Shown here piece after piece: positions 1 through 12,954 of a stretch of 64,000 nt of DNA. Source of the DNA: Rhynchobatus australiae (Eukaryota); contig JAUZTB010015204.1 in NCBI GenBank assembly GCA_034780895.1, forward strand, positions 1 to 64,000, read 5' to 3'. Both the position numbers and the translations under genes were made by a program. Every line of letters starts with the position of its first letter. Within the stretch, counting starts at the first letter, position 1. Below the pieces are notes generated by a model that saw only the letters and a list, made by a program, of their open reading frames with translations, was not told the DNA's origin and did not search any database.

Positions 1-1
1 A

Positions 2-76
2 AATGATGTTAGAGCTCAAGAGATAAACTTAGAAAATTTTAAAGAACTTTTTAATAAATACATTAAAGATAATTAA
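2..76 (+). CDS. rsmA: 3' end of a gene, probably 16S rRNA dimethyladenosine transferase (partial)
   Basis: Reads NDVRAQEINLENFKELFNKYIKDN*, similar to the RAEELSxxxFxxL C-terminal motif of KsgA/RsmA. Only 24 codons are visible. Confidence 0.5.
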   Translation, partial: NDVRAQEINLENFKELFNKYIKDN

Positions 77-82
77 TTTATG

Positions 83-748
83 TTATTCATCAAGTTCAAA
101 GTTATTATTAAGACAAATTTCATACTCTCTTAAAATTGGTAAATTTTGCCCTTCATAAGTTTTATAAAAAAACTCAAAAGAAACATTAGGGAACCAACAA
201 CTTTGATTCTTTTTTCAAGGTCAGTCTAAAACGAAAAAACCTTCATGATTTTCTGAATAAAGCGAATTAACGATTTCTTTATAATTACGAGGTGGGAAAA
301 GTTTATGTGTAAAAAAGTAAACACTTTTTAAAAGATAAAATTTTCAATTTTTATTTTTTTGGTAGTTAAAAAAATATCCATTTCAATACGGTAAACGGTT
401 ATAAATTTTTTGATATTGACGTAATCTTTTTAATGTACTAGGAATTAATAATGAAATTTCTACATAATCCATACTATTTTCCGTATTATTTTGGTAAACA
501 CTGAAGCGCGCTTTAGTCGCTTTATAATTGTCTTGCAAGCAAGAATCTTGCAAAAAAGAAGGAGCAATTTGGCTTAATTGAAGATAAGAATTAAGATCCA
601 TAAAAATTTCTACTTTTCCGTTAAAATTTGTCTGTTTCTTCGATAATATTTTATTTAAGGTTTTATTTGCCAAAGAAAATCATAAGTTATAATTTTGGGA
701 TATATTAATGAAACGTGCAAAAGAGCTACTATTTAAAACTTTGTTCAT
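83..748 (-). CDS. Hypothetical protein, possibly a degenerate LicD-family nucleotidyltransferase-fold protein (221 aa)
   Basis: Open under code 4 from ATG 748 to TAA 83. WFSLANKTL..VEIFMDLNSY, YVEISLLIP and YEGQNLPILREYEICL echo LicD motifs (GTLLG..DIDIxM, IDIFPLD, FEG..P..YD.YL). Confidence 0.45.
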
Positions 749-820
749 ACCTTAATGATATATGAATAAAAACCAAAAAAGAGCTAGAGTTGTATAAAGT
801 CAACCATTATTGGGGGTTAG

Positions 821-2986
821 ATGCGCAAACCTAATTTCAAAAACTTTTTTAAAAAAGTAGATAAAAAAGATGAAAAAAAACGAGCAGTAAAAACCGGAAT
901 TGTTATTGCCTTAATAATCGGATTTATTTCTGTCGGAGTTGGTATTCCTTTAGGAATTGTTAACAACACAACTGTTTTCACTCCTGCTCTTGGTAATGAT
1001 AAAACAATTATTACTTTTCAAGGGCCTGATGGGCAACTGAAAATGACAATTGAAGAATTACTAAAAAGAGCATCAAAAGTTAACGAAAACAACGACAACG
1101 CCTTTAAACAAGCAGACAGCGCTTTAGTTCGTTTTCTTTATGAAGAAGAAAGAGTAGCTTCAGAAAATTTCCGCGCCGCTTTACAACAAGCTAGTGTTTC
1201 TAATTTTGAAGCTCCGAAAGATTTTCAAGTTTTAAATCCACTTTCTGAAGTTATTAAACAACAACAAGGTGTGATTGACGATTTAAAATTAAATTTACAA
1301 CAACAATTTGGTTTTAGCAACTGAACAAAAGAATTTCAAAGGCTCTTGCGCGAGGATGATAAATACGGTAAAACAGGTACTGAAACAGGTGCTTTAGATT
1401 TTTTAGTAATTTCACAAATTCGTAAAGACGCTTTTCGTCGTTTTCAAGCACAAATGGTTTCTTCCTTTACAAAAACACAACTCGAAGCAACGGTTCGTAA
1501 CGAAATTAAAAGTGTGGGTGACATTCCAAGTTTAAATATCAAAAAAGGCGATCTTATTTATGCTCCAAACGATCGCATTTTTAAATTTTTAGTGCCAAAA
1601 AATAAAAATGAAAAGTTACAAAACTATGTTACTTTAAATGAACGAACACGTTATTTTGGTACGACTTCTTTTATCGATAAATATCGTGATGCTTCTCATT
1701 TAGTTACAGAATATTTAAATAATCATAAAAACGCTTATTTAATTTCAAAACTTGATTTAGATATTAAAGCTGATTTAAAAAATTTAAATAAAAATTGGAC
1801 AATAAGCCGCAAAACTATAAAACAATTAATGTACTTTTCACGTTTTGGACTGAGAGATAGTGAAGCTACTTTTCGTCCTATTGATAAATTAACTTCATTT
1901 ATTGGTTCACAACTTGAAGCCCTTCCAGAAGATTTAAATCAAGAAATTAGTGAAGAGCGAAAAGCGCAAATACGTTTAGACAATTTTCTATTAAAAAACG
2001 TTTCCAATAATAGTGATAAACAAAAAAGTGGTTTTCTAATATTTGGCGATATTATTAATTTTGCACAAACTTTAAACCCCCCAAAAGACAATCAACAAAA
2101 ATACGAAAAAATCCATCTTTTTTATAGCCTTTTAGAAGATCCAAAGAACGCAAATACTTTAGTTGTAGATCCTAAGATTACACAAACTACTGCTACTGAT
2201 GAAAGTCAAAGTTTATGAATAAAACTAAGAGACGAACTAATTAAACAATTTAATGAAGACGGAACCAAAAAGGTTTTTAACGCTGTCGATATTAACGCTG
2301 TCGATAATAGTAATATCGAAAAAAGTAATATTGAGATAGGGAAAAAAATCGACGAATTATCTGATGATCGCTTTAACTTTCTAGTAACTAAAGCTTTTAA
2401 TAATGTATTTACACGTAGTATTAATAATTCCGATAAAAAAAGCTTATCGTTTAGCTTTTTAAATCAAGTAAAAAATATTTTTACGATTGTTAATGAAGAT
2501 GGCATTAGCTTAGTAAAGCGCCATTTGATATCATCAGCTTCTGATTATTATCAATACATCATAAACGATTTAGTAAATGATCTAAAACGTGATCGTAACA
2601 ATTTCAATGCTATTGAAATAATAAATAAAAGTCGTAATAATAATATTAATTTAATAAATTTTTGAAATACAAAAAATTCAAAAGCCGAAACAAAATACAA
2701 AGAATTATTTACTCAATTATTTTCTCAAGAAGCGAATTTTAATGTCGATGATGAGATCGAAAAAGCCTTACAATTCGCTAAATTAGAACTTTCCCGCGCT
2801 AATATTGAAGCGCAAATTGGAATTGCTTCAGGAGTTCAAAACTTTGTGCAAAAAATTATTGATAATGAAACATTTGAACAGTTCCCTAATAATGATCAAG
2901 CCATTCAACAAATTAAAGGTGCTTTTGAAGTTATCATTAATTCTTTTCGTGCTAAAGTAAATAAAGAAAAGGTTAATAATGCCTAA
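821..2986 (+). CDS. HinT-interacting membrane complex protein P80-like
   Basis: One code-4 ORF with a Lys-rich N-terminus and TM helix (GVGIPLGIV) and FLYEEE and FGFSNW motifs. It overlaps a downstream lipoprotein, as in mycoplasma P80-P60 loci. Confidence 0.7.
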
Positions 2987-4334
2987 AATAAAATGATATT
3001 TAAAGAATTTAACTTTATCTTTAGCTCCAATATTAACTTCAACTTCATTAGTAGCTTGCGGAAACTTAGAAGATAGCAATGAAAAAATTAAACAAGATAA
3101 TTTATTAGCTTCAGATGATACTAAAAATGCAGCAAAAGAATTAAATAACGAATTTATAATTGCTAATGTATATAATTTAGCTTCACATCAGATTGATGAT
3201 AGCTCCTTAAATGATCCAAATAGTCAATTTTATAAAGATGCATATGGAGCTTATCAATTTTATATTGAAGCCAATACTTTAAGTAATTTAAATTTCTTTG
3301 TAACTCAAAGAACAACATGAGTTGCTCAAGGTTACGATCATTATATTTTAGACAATAAAACCGAATTAACTTTAGATTCATCACCCAAATCAGAAAACAA
3401 TTTTAAAGTCCTATTTCTTAATCCTCGTTCCCCTGTTCGTAAAGAAATTGTTGAATTATTATTAGTACAAAATTATCTTTTGAACCAAAACGTAGAAAAC
3501 GTTAAACTGGCGACTAATTATGAATCTATTGTTGCTCCAGGAGCCGCAGTTAATGACACCAAAACAATTTTTCAAGCTATTAATCTAAATGAAGGTTATG
3601 AAAACGATTTTTTCTTATATCGTTATTTACTTAACGGTAATCATAAACTAGTTTGAGAGTGAAAAATCGATGGTTCATTAACTACTGAACAAGCCATTGG
3701 TGGACAAAAATTAGAAGTTCGTGACGTTAGTTCTTTTAACCAATTATCAAGTTCTAAAAGCGATACTTTAAGAAAAGTTAATAATACATTAAATGTTAAT
3801 TTGAATCTTGGTCTTCCTGAATCTGAAGCGGGAAATTTAATTGCTTTTAATGGTATAAAAGTTACTTCATTAGATGGTGATGATCTTCAATATAACGTTA
3901 AAGATTTAAAATTAAATACAGATTATTTACACGGATTTTTTGATATTGAAGAGAAACGTTTGTTTAGTATAAAAACTTTAAAAGAAAACGCTACTAATTC
4001 AAGTCCTAAAACTTCTGTGATTGTTGTAAGCAGTAACAAAGATGGAATATTATCTTTAAACGCTAATTATTTAATGAAAATTAGTCCCAAATTTATTAAA
4101 GCTTCTGAGACTGAAATTGAAGCTGCCAAAGGCAAAGATTCAACAACAACTTTTAGCGGTTATTTTTCTTTTGATGGTGCACCTTGAAATGATGCTAAGA
4201 AAAAACAAATTTTGGCTTTTTGATTAACGCAAAATGATCGTAACACACTATTAAGTGACGCTTTAAATTACTTTCGTGCTATTGGTTTTAGTGCTTCTAG
4301 TGATCGTGATGAAATTAATGGAGTTTTTTCTTAA
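2979..4334 (+). CDS. P60-like lipoprotein
   Basis: MPKIKWYLKNLTLSLAPILTSTSLVAC lipobox. The start overlaps the P80-like stop. Confidence 0.7.
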
Positions 4335-4365
4335 AAAATTAAGTAATATTTATTAATTATTAACA

Positions 4366-5733
4366 ATGAATTTAATTGAAACGCTTTTACCGCCATCACT
4401 TTATCAAGAACTTGAAGAAATTAAATTTTATTATGAAGGGTTTCATAATATTACTTTTTGTGCTTTTTTGAAATCACAAAAAGTACAAATAAGACTTAAG
4501 AAAAATAACTTAACTTCACATCTTAACGAGTGCCATTATGCACAAAATAATGATGATTATTTTTATTGTTCAGAAGAAATCATGGTTCGTAAATGAAGTG
4601 AAGGCAATACTTATTTAACTAATAAAAGAAATGATTATTTACTTTTAGATACACTTCAAAAATTTTGAAAACAAGATAGTTCGCAATTAACTAAATTCAA
4701 TTGAAATTATTATCCAATTAGTGATCCTCATTTTCAATTTTTAGTAAAGAAATACGAAAACGAGGAAAGTGATTTTATTCATGGTGATTTAGCTTTTAAA
4801 AACATTATTTTAAAGAATAGTAATGAAATTAAATTGATTGATTTAGAGTGGATTAGTAAAGGTAGTAAATATTTTGATATAGCTTATATTTTTAAACATA
4901 TTTCTTTAAATAAAAAACAAATTATTTCATATTTGAATTTGGACCAAGAAAAGTTTGAAGATTATCATTATATGCAAACCAAATTTTCTGAAGCAGCTTA
5001 TTTAAATACTTATAATAAAATTATTACTGAACAAAAAAGAATTCATTTTGATTTCCTTACTTTAGTTAAAAAAGAACTACCTTTTGAAATTTTAAGCTCC
5101 TTAAAAGACCTTCGTTTTTATTATGATGGTTATCATAATTATTGTTATAAAGCTAGTTATCAGAACAAAGATGTGTTAATTAAATTAACAAAAAAAACTT
5201 ATAGCACTTTAAAAGAAGAAATTATGGTATTGAGACTAATGGGTATCTTAATTTATAATAACGATAATCTTTTAATTAAAGAGTTTTTTCCAGGAAAAAT
5301 TTATCAAAGTACTAAAAAAAACGATTATTTTGCTTTAGATGAGTTAGATAAATTATGGTCTTATAAAATCGATGCACCAAAATTTTACTGATTTACAAAA
5401 GAAATAAAAGATTCTCGGTATCGAAAATTAGTGGCTCAATACGAACAAAAAGATCAAGTTTTAATGCACGGCGATATCGCGCCTTATAATCTTATTTTAA
5501 GTGGAAAAAAAGTCAAAATTATAGATTTTGACTTTGTACGTTACGGTAATAAATATTTTGATATAGTTCATTTTATGAAATTTACTTCTTTAAACGTTTC
5601 AGAAGTAGTTTCTTATTTAGGTTTAGATCTACAAACACTAAAAGATTTTGAATATTTAGTTGAAAAGTTTGACGCATACATAATTAATACTAGATATCCA
5701 AATTTCGACTGAAGAAAAGGTAAAAAAAAATAA
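4366..5733 (+). CDS. Tandem double-domain choline/aminoglycoside phosphotransferase (LicA-like)
   Basis: Two repeated kinase units: YYEGFHN..HGDLAFKN..IDLEW..KYFDIA and YYDGYHN..HGDIAPYN..IDFDF..KYFDIV. Confidence 0.8.
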
Positions 5734-5783
5734 ATAGATTTTTCATTTCATTTTAACTTTTAAAAGTGCGTTAAAATAGAAAA

Positions 5784-7421
5784 ATGAGATGAAAAATTAA
5801 ATACAAAAGATCTTGTTTGATCACTTTAACAGCCTTATTGCCTTTGGCATTGGTAAGTTGTCATTCTCCTTTTGATATTAATTATATTTATCGTGATGCT
5901 TCTGGACATTTAATTTATTCTTATTCTATTAATAGTAATTCACCTAATTATCGTAGCGCTATTCCTAATCCTGATCTTAATAGTGAAGATGAAATTATTT
6001 GAGATTACAGTATAGGTACAGTTGTTGATGGTCCAGACATTCCAATTCCTAATCTTAATTTAGCCCCCAAATTAAAATTTAGTGCTCCTAACAAAAAATA
6101 TCGTAATGCTTTTTCTAATACTTTTGAAATTAAATTTTTAAATGAAAATTTAGAAACAAAAAAACGTAGTGCCATTCAAGCTACTAGTTGAATTTTAGAT
6201 TATCGAGAAACAAATGATGGATCTTATCCAACAACTTTTTATTTAGGAACTAATTTACACGTAGCAAACGCTTTAATTGGTGATGAAAATGACACTAGAA
6301 ACAAAACTATAAGGACCGATGCAGTTGTTTTAACTAAATATGTTCATCTTCAAAATAAAGATGAAAATATAAATAAGATTACACAAATAGACGGTAATGA
6401 TAAAAACGCTGAATATAAAATGTATTCATATACAAGCGAAAATGTAGACACCGAAGATCAATTTTATAAAAAATTCGTTAAATATTATGATACTGATAAA
6501 ATGCGTCAAGATGATCAATACATTGATCGTGGTTTCTTAGCAAAAAAACCAAGAGTAGTTTATGTTGGAACTGATTATTTAGATTCTTCGCCACAAATTT
6601 ATAATCGACGTTTTGCTGAAGAAGAAGCAATCGATTTTGCAGTTATTGAAGTCGTTTTTAAAGATTCTGAAACCGCAAAACGAGCCACTAGCGATTATGC
6701 AAATGAAAAACGTTTTTTTAAAGCAGATAATGAACGCCAATTTAGAAGACCCAAACAATCTTTATTAAAATTGGCTGATCAAGAATTACCAGAATTAGCA
6801 AAGCGAGAAGCCAATTATTATATTGCAGGTTTTCCTAAAGGCGTTCCATCAATCAATCGTGGAGTACGCTCCAATAAATCAAGAAAACTTTATAATCATT
6901 TACCTTTAATTAAAGAGAAAGACAGTGATTATCTTAATGATGAATGGCACAGAATAATTAGTGGAGCTCCTTTAGCAAACTTTCAACCTTATAGTACAAC
7001 AGGACGTATTAGTGCCAACGGAATTGGGGATGCTTTATTAATATTGCCTTATTTTCGCTTGTCCTATCATGACAAAAATTATACTTTACAAGGTCTTACT
7101 TATGCCTTTGAAAATTCTGGCTTAGAAGGTGGGTCTTCTGGGTCTGCCGTTTATGATCAAAACGGCGCTACGATTGCTGTACATTCAATTGGAAACTCAA
7201 TTAATGATGTTAATTTGGCTTTTTCACTTTTTAGCGAAGGATTGGTACACCCTGAATATAAGACTTATCAAACCCCTGCTTATGATTTAATTTATGGAGG
7301 CGTAAAAGGACAAAAAACTTGGTACTTACAAAGCCTTAAAAATCTTTATAAAAAGATTCCCAACTTCAGTACACATTTAATGAAATCTAAAGATTTCTTC
7401 AATCAAAGTGAAGATTTTTAG
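5784..7421 (+). CDS. DUF31 / MIP-like putative serine protease lipoprotein
   Basis: Lipobox LALVSC and motifs ATSWILDY, YLGTNLHVA (His), DFAVIEV (Asp) and GGSSGS (Ser). Confidence 0.8.
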
Positions 7422-7540
7422 ATGTATGTATAAACTGAAAAATAAATGAAAAAAGTTTCTTTTCGGCATTGCAAAATATTTTTCAAAGTCTAAGAAAATA
7501 AAAGACTTATAATTTGCGCATTGAATTCGAAAGGAAATAA

Positions 7541-8929
7541 ATGAGTACAGACAAGAAAACAAAAGTAGTTCTTATTGGCGGTAATCACGCTGGAACTTCT
7601 TTTGCAAGAACCTTTAGACAATTAGATCAAAACGCTGAACTAGTTATCTATGAAAAAAATAATAACACCTCTTTTTTAGGCTGCGGAATCGCCCTTTGAG
7701 TAGGTGGAGAATTTCAAAATCCGGATGGTCTTTTTTATTCTAATCCTAAAGAGCTTAAAAAGGCTGGATGTTCGGTTAATATTATGCATGAAATTACTGA
7801 TGTTGATACCGTTAAAAAAGTTTTACGAGTGCGTAATTTAGTTACTAATGAAGTCTTTAAAGACACTTATGATAAATTAGTTTTTGCGGGTGGAACTTGA
7901 CCGATTGTTCCTCTCTTTCGCGGTGTAAATTATGAAAATATTTTAATCTCTAAAATCTTTCAACACGCTAAAAATATTAAGGCAAAAGCCGATAATCCAG
8001 ACATCAAAAAAGTTGCGGTTATTGGCGCTGGATACATCGGAATTGAATTAGCAGAAGCTTTTGCAAAACACGGAAAAGAAGTCACTTTAATTGACTTAGA
8101 TAAACGTGTTGTACCACGTTATTTTGATGAAGAATTTACTAATATTATGGAAGAAAATATTAAAGATCACGGACTTCATTTAAGACTTGGAGAAAGGGTC
8201 CAATCTTTTGGTTCAAAAGATGGAAAAAAAGTTTCTTCTGTAACTACTAACAAAGGCACTTATGAAACCGATTTAGTAATATTATCAGTCGGTTTCAGAC
8301 CTAATACGGAACTCATAAAAGACGTTGATAAACTGCCTAATGGTGCCATTAAAGTAGATCAGTTTCAACGCGCTTTAACAAAAGGTAAAGCTAATCAAGA
8401 TCTTTATATAATTGGTGATTCAGCAGCCATGATTCACAATTCAAGCAACACCCACCAACACGTTGCTTTAGCTACTAATGCGGTTAAAACAGGTCTAGTT
8501 GCAGCCTTTAATGTAGCTAATAAGAAAATTGCATTTCCAGGTGTAACTGGTACTAATGCTATTTCTGTTTTTGGGTGTCATTACGCTTCGACTGGACTTA
8601 CTAAAACAAGTGCTCAAAAACTAGGAATGAAAGTTACAACAACCCCTTATTTTGAGGACAATGATCGTCCTGAATTTATGAAAAAAATGGGACGTATTGG
8701 TATTAAAATTACTTATGATCCAAAGACTTTACGTTTAATTGGAGCACAAGTTGGTTCATGAAACGAACACATTCATACCGAAGTAATTTATATGTTTGCT
8801 TTAGCAATTCAAAAAGGCTTAACGATTTTAGAATTAGCTTTAATGGATTATTACTTTTTACCACATTTAAATAAACCTTTTAATTTTATCATTAGTCCTA
8901 TTCTTAGTGCTTTAGGATTAAATTATTAG
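7541..8929 (+). CDS. nox: NADH oxidase
   Basis: GGNHAG, SFLGCGIALW (redox Cys), GAGYIG and FLPHLNKPFNF motifs. An AAGGA RBS lies upstream. Confidence 0.93.
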
Positions 8930-8932
8930 TTT

Positions 8933-8960
8933 TATAAAACTCTTTTTAAAGAGTTTTATA
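8933..8960 (+). terminator. Intrinsic terminator after nox
   Basis: tataaaactc-N8-gagttttata hairpin followed by Ts. Confidence 0.6.
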
Positions 8961-9456
8961 TTTTCCTAAAATTTTAAATTTAATTAATTTAAATAAATAA
9001 AATTTAAATATTTGCTTCTTAATAAGGAAGCAAATTTTTTGTCTTTTTTTCTTATTAAACAATTGTTTTGGCTTGTTTTTTTTCAAAACCTTTTAGTTGC
9101 TTATATTTTTTTTAAGCACATATTTTTAATTTTTAAATTAATAAAAAAAAGGTTAAATTATTACCTTTAATGACTAAGAAATTAGGACTAATATATTTTT
9201 TTATAATTTAAAAATAATAATAGTTTTTTAATAGTCAATAAAGAAACTTTTGATTTTAAAAAATTTTTATTTTGAAATTTAGTAAAACTTAATTAAGACT
9301 TTTTATAAGTAAAACATACAGCATTTTGTATTATTAAAGATTATTTATATTATTAAAATAAAATTGAAAATTAAAAAAAGACTTTTTAATTGAAATTATC
9401 GATGAAGATAACTTAAAATATAATTATTAAAGATAAGATACGGAGGTCTATTTACT

Positions 9457-9870
9457 ATGAATACTAATCAATTAGAAGTCTTACATAGTTCGTTCATTTT
9501 CTGAAGATTAAAATTACAAAATTTTCATTGAAATGTCAGAGGAATTATGTTTTTTGAACTACATGAAGAACTTGAAAAAACTTTTGATAAACTTAGTGAA
9601 GTAGACGATGCAGTGGCAGAAAAAATTGTCATGCAAGATCGCCCTGCTTTAGGTAATTTCCAAGAAATGCTCAGTAAGACATTAATAAAAGAAGTTCCCT
9701 CTTCTTGAAGAAAACAAGAAGAAATTTGTCAATCAGTTTATAAAGATGCACAATTAATTATTGATTATATTAGTCAACAAGAATGAGACATTCTTGAACA
9801 ACCTGTAGTCGATGAAGTATTGTTGTTTCTGGATAAAACTCAGTGGCAGTATAAAGCTAATTTTGAATAA
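9457..9870 (+). CDS. dps: Dps / ferritin-like DNA protection protein (missed by the ORF track)
   Basis: KLQNFHWNVRGIMFFELHEELE..DAVAEKI ferroxidase motif. GGAGG RBS upstream. Confidence 0.9.
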
Positions 9871-9883
9871 CAAATTCGATTCG

Positions 9884-10693
9884 ATGAAAACGAAACGATA
9901 CTTATTTACTCTAGATCCTCAATACTTGCTCGAAAATAATAAAATCAACAAAAACTACTTAAACTTATTTCAAAAAATTAAAGAAAAAAATCACAAAATT
10001 GCTTTTGTTTCTTCTGAAAGTTATTATTGAATGAAGCAATATCTTGATAAAAATAATTTAGTCGATTTTTTTATCGGCAATAACGGTAATCTTTTGGCCG
10101 ATTTACAACAACGTTACATTACCGTCTTTGAAAGAATTAATTGAGAAGTTTTTGAATTTTTAAAATTATTTTCTTTACAACATGGCCTTAATTATTATGT
10201 TGATACTCACGATAAAACTTATCATATTAATGTAAATAAATACGTAGTAAATTTAAACAAAAAAAGCCGTTATGGAATTGAAATTGATGCTATTAATATT
10301 GATAAACACATTACTCGCAACACACAAATTTTGAGAATCTTTTTTGAAAAGAATTCTAAAATTGAAACTAGTTTACCAATATGTTTAAAAGATGCTTTAG
10401 GCCCAACTTATAAAGTTGAACTTAATAGTTATGGGCAATACGAAATTTATCATTCCAACATTAACAAATTTAGAGGTATAAGATATTTAAGTAGTTCAAT
10501 GGGACTAAATTCTTATTTACACGTAGCTTTTGTTAATAATCAATCTGATATTAATATTGTAAATAATGCTCATCGTTCCGCTGCTTTTGAAAATGCTAAC
10601 CCTTTAATCAAACAGTCAGTTACTGATGTATTTAGTTCTTCCAATCCTGAAGAAGTAGCAAAAGAAATAGAACAAATTTTTCTTTTGAACTAA
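9884..10693 (+). CDS. Cof-type HAD hydrolase-like protein (degenerate motifs)
   Basis: FIGNNG, EIYHSNINKFRGI and AFENANPLIK match the Cof fold. Motif I (DxD) and motif IV (GDGxND) are degenerate. Confidence 0.65.
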
Positions 10694-10763
10694 TTTCAAT
10701 ATTAATTTTCTCAATTTATTAATTTAAGTTTTAAAGTAACAAAAATGCTTTAAAGTATTATTG

Positions 10764-11150
10764 TTATTTCTGGTGTATTTTTTGAGCTTGGGTTGCTATT
10801 GAAAGAAAATCTTGGCCAGACTTTAAAGCTACATAAGCAGCAAAACTGTTTTCTAAAAAAGCTCCTTTAGAAATGATTATTTCTTTTTTTTGATACATCA
10901 TTTTAAAGACTTCTAAATTAGTCATTGCAGAACCTAAATCTCCAAAGATGAGATAATGACTAGCTTCATCTTTTTCAATGAAATCTTTAAGGCTTTCTAT
11001 ACTAGTTCCTAGCACTTTGCCATTTTCAATACCGCCTAGTGCTACTAATTTTTTATCTTCGTGATTCTCATTAACCATTGCTTCTAAATATTTTTTCGTG
11101 GCTTGAGCTAAGTCTAAACTATGAGAAAATAAAATAATTTTAATCGTCAT
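10764..11150 (-). CDS. dhaM: PTS-dependent dihydroxyacetone kinase phosphotransferase subunit
   Basis: IILFSHS (phospho-His), GG..LGTS and DLGSA motifs. Follows dhaKL. Confidence 0.9.
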   Translation of the reverse strand: MTIKIILFSHSLDLAQATKKYLEAMVNENHEDKKLVALGGIENGKVLGTSIESLKDFIEKDEASHYLIFGDLGSAMTNLEVFKMMYQKKEIIISKGAFLENSFAAYVALKSGQDFLSIATQAQKIHQK

Positions 11151-11152
11151 AA

Positions 11153-11764
11153 TTATCTTTCCAATAAATTACTAAAAGCATTAATGAAAAGCACGCTTGA
11201 AACAGCTCCTGGATCTTGGAATCCTTGGCTTCTTTCTTGTAAGAAAGAAGCGCGTCCTTTTTTTGCTATTAAAGGGATTATTTTTTGCAATTGCGTTTCT
11301 AAAAATAAGGCTTGCTCTTTTTTGGAAAAGTAATTTTTTTGTAATCACAAACTATAAGGTTCCCAAATATCAACCATAGTTTTTTCGCCACAAGATGCTT
11401 TTCCCAAAGCTTTAATAGTATTTTGTGCTTGTTCGACAAATTCTTTTCAAGCTTCTAAATTAAACTCTTCATGTTTTTTTAAAATTTGCGATCCTTTAAT
11501 AAAGGCCATGCCGTATAAAGGACCTGAAGCGCCACCAACTTTTGCTAATAATTTTTGTCCTAATAATGAAAAATATTCACTAAAATGATTAACTTTTTGC
11601 TCTTTTAAAGCTTCATAAAAAGCGCTATAACCACGGCGCATATTAATGCCATGATCGCCATCACCAATTTTGCGATCAAGATCGTTTAATGAATTAGCTT
11701 GATCTTCAATTTCTTGATGTAGCAAATGAAAAAAATGTAATCATTGCTTTTCTTCTATTTTCAC
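11153..11764 (-). CDS. dhaL: Dihydroxyacetone kinase ADP-binding subunit
   Basis: LDRKIGDGDHGINM, GGASGPLYG and DPGA motifs. Probable GTG start overlapping the dhaK end. Confidence 0.9.
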
Positions 11765-12738
11765 AGTGTACCTACTACTGGGGCTTTTAATAAAGCGAGC
11801 ATTGGTGCATCAAGTTTCAACAAAGTTAAACTAAATCCAGGCATTTCCAGAGAAGTCATATACGAACCTAAATGCAGCGAAGCAATTTCATAGTTTTTAG
11901 TTTTTAAAATTTCTAAAGTAATTTTTAAAGCAATATTCAATTCTAAAAGTGTTGTTCCTCCGAGCCCATTTACTAAAAGCGCTAAAGGAGCATTTTGAAA
12001 ATCGTAATCATTTAAAATTTTGTCTAACATTTTGCTGATTAATTGGCGAATAGGCAACATTTTTATTTTTTCAATTCCCGGTTCACCGTGAATTCCTAAA
12101 CCAAATTCAATTTCATCTTCTGCTAAAGAAAAAGATTTTAAAGCAGTGCTTGGATTAATAACACCACCAAAAGAGACACCAATACTACGAAGATTATTAA
12201 TTACTTTTTGAGCCATTTCAAAGACTTCATCTAAAGAAGCTTTGCTTTGCGCTAAAGCACCAGCAATTTTATGGACAAACAAAGTTCCGGCAATACCACG
12301 ACGGCCAATTGTGTAACTCGAGTTTTGAACGGCAACATCGTCATTAACCACAACAGTTTTAGTTACAAAGCCTTCTTCAGCTAATAAAGAAGCAGCAATT
12401 TCAAAATTGAGAATGTCGCCAGTGTAGTTTTTGACTATTAATAAAGTTCCTTTTTGAGGGTTTAATTCTTTAACGGCGGCGATAATTTGATCTGGACTAG
12501 GTGAAGTAAAAATTTCACCATTTACGGCGGCACTAAGCATTCCAGATCCTACAAAACCGCTATGTGCAGGTTCGTGTCCTGATCCACCACCACTAATTAT
12601 TGCTACCAAGTTTGGATCATAATTTTTATTAATAATTACTTTTGTATCGACAAGTAGCTTTAAATCATGATTGTAAGCTACTAATCCTTGTAAACTATCA
12701 ATTACGAGATTGTTTTGATTTTCAATTATTTTCTTCAT
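11755..12738 (-). CDS. dhaK: Dihydroxyacetone kinase DHA-binding subunit
   Basis: SGGGSGHEPAH, KNYTGD and GIHGEPG motifs. Confidence 0.95.
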
Positions 12739-12954
12739 TTTTCCTTCTTAATTTTATTTTTTTTAATTATGCTTGAAACTTAAGAGCTTCACTAAAATGA
12801 AATAAAAAAGTTCAAAAGGACACTTTTGGTTTTAAAATATTTATGACTAAACTAACAATAATGACTTGGTTTATGGGAAAAATGTTAAAAAGTTTTAAAA
12901 TTTAGTAGGAAGTCTTTTTTTATAAATTTTAAGATAAATTTATGTAAGGATTTT

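Noticed and set aside
9417-9435. PerR/Fur-like box upstream of dps
   Set aside because: A partial match made almost entirely of A/T in very AT-rich DNA, and it coincides with a TATAAT -10 box. Not distinguishable from chance.
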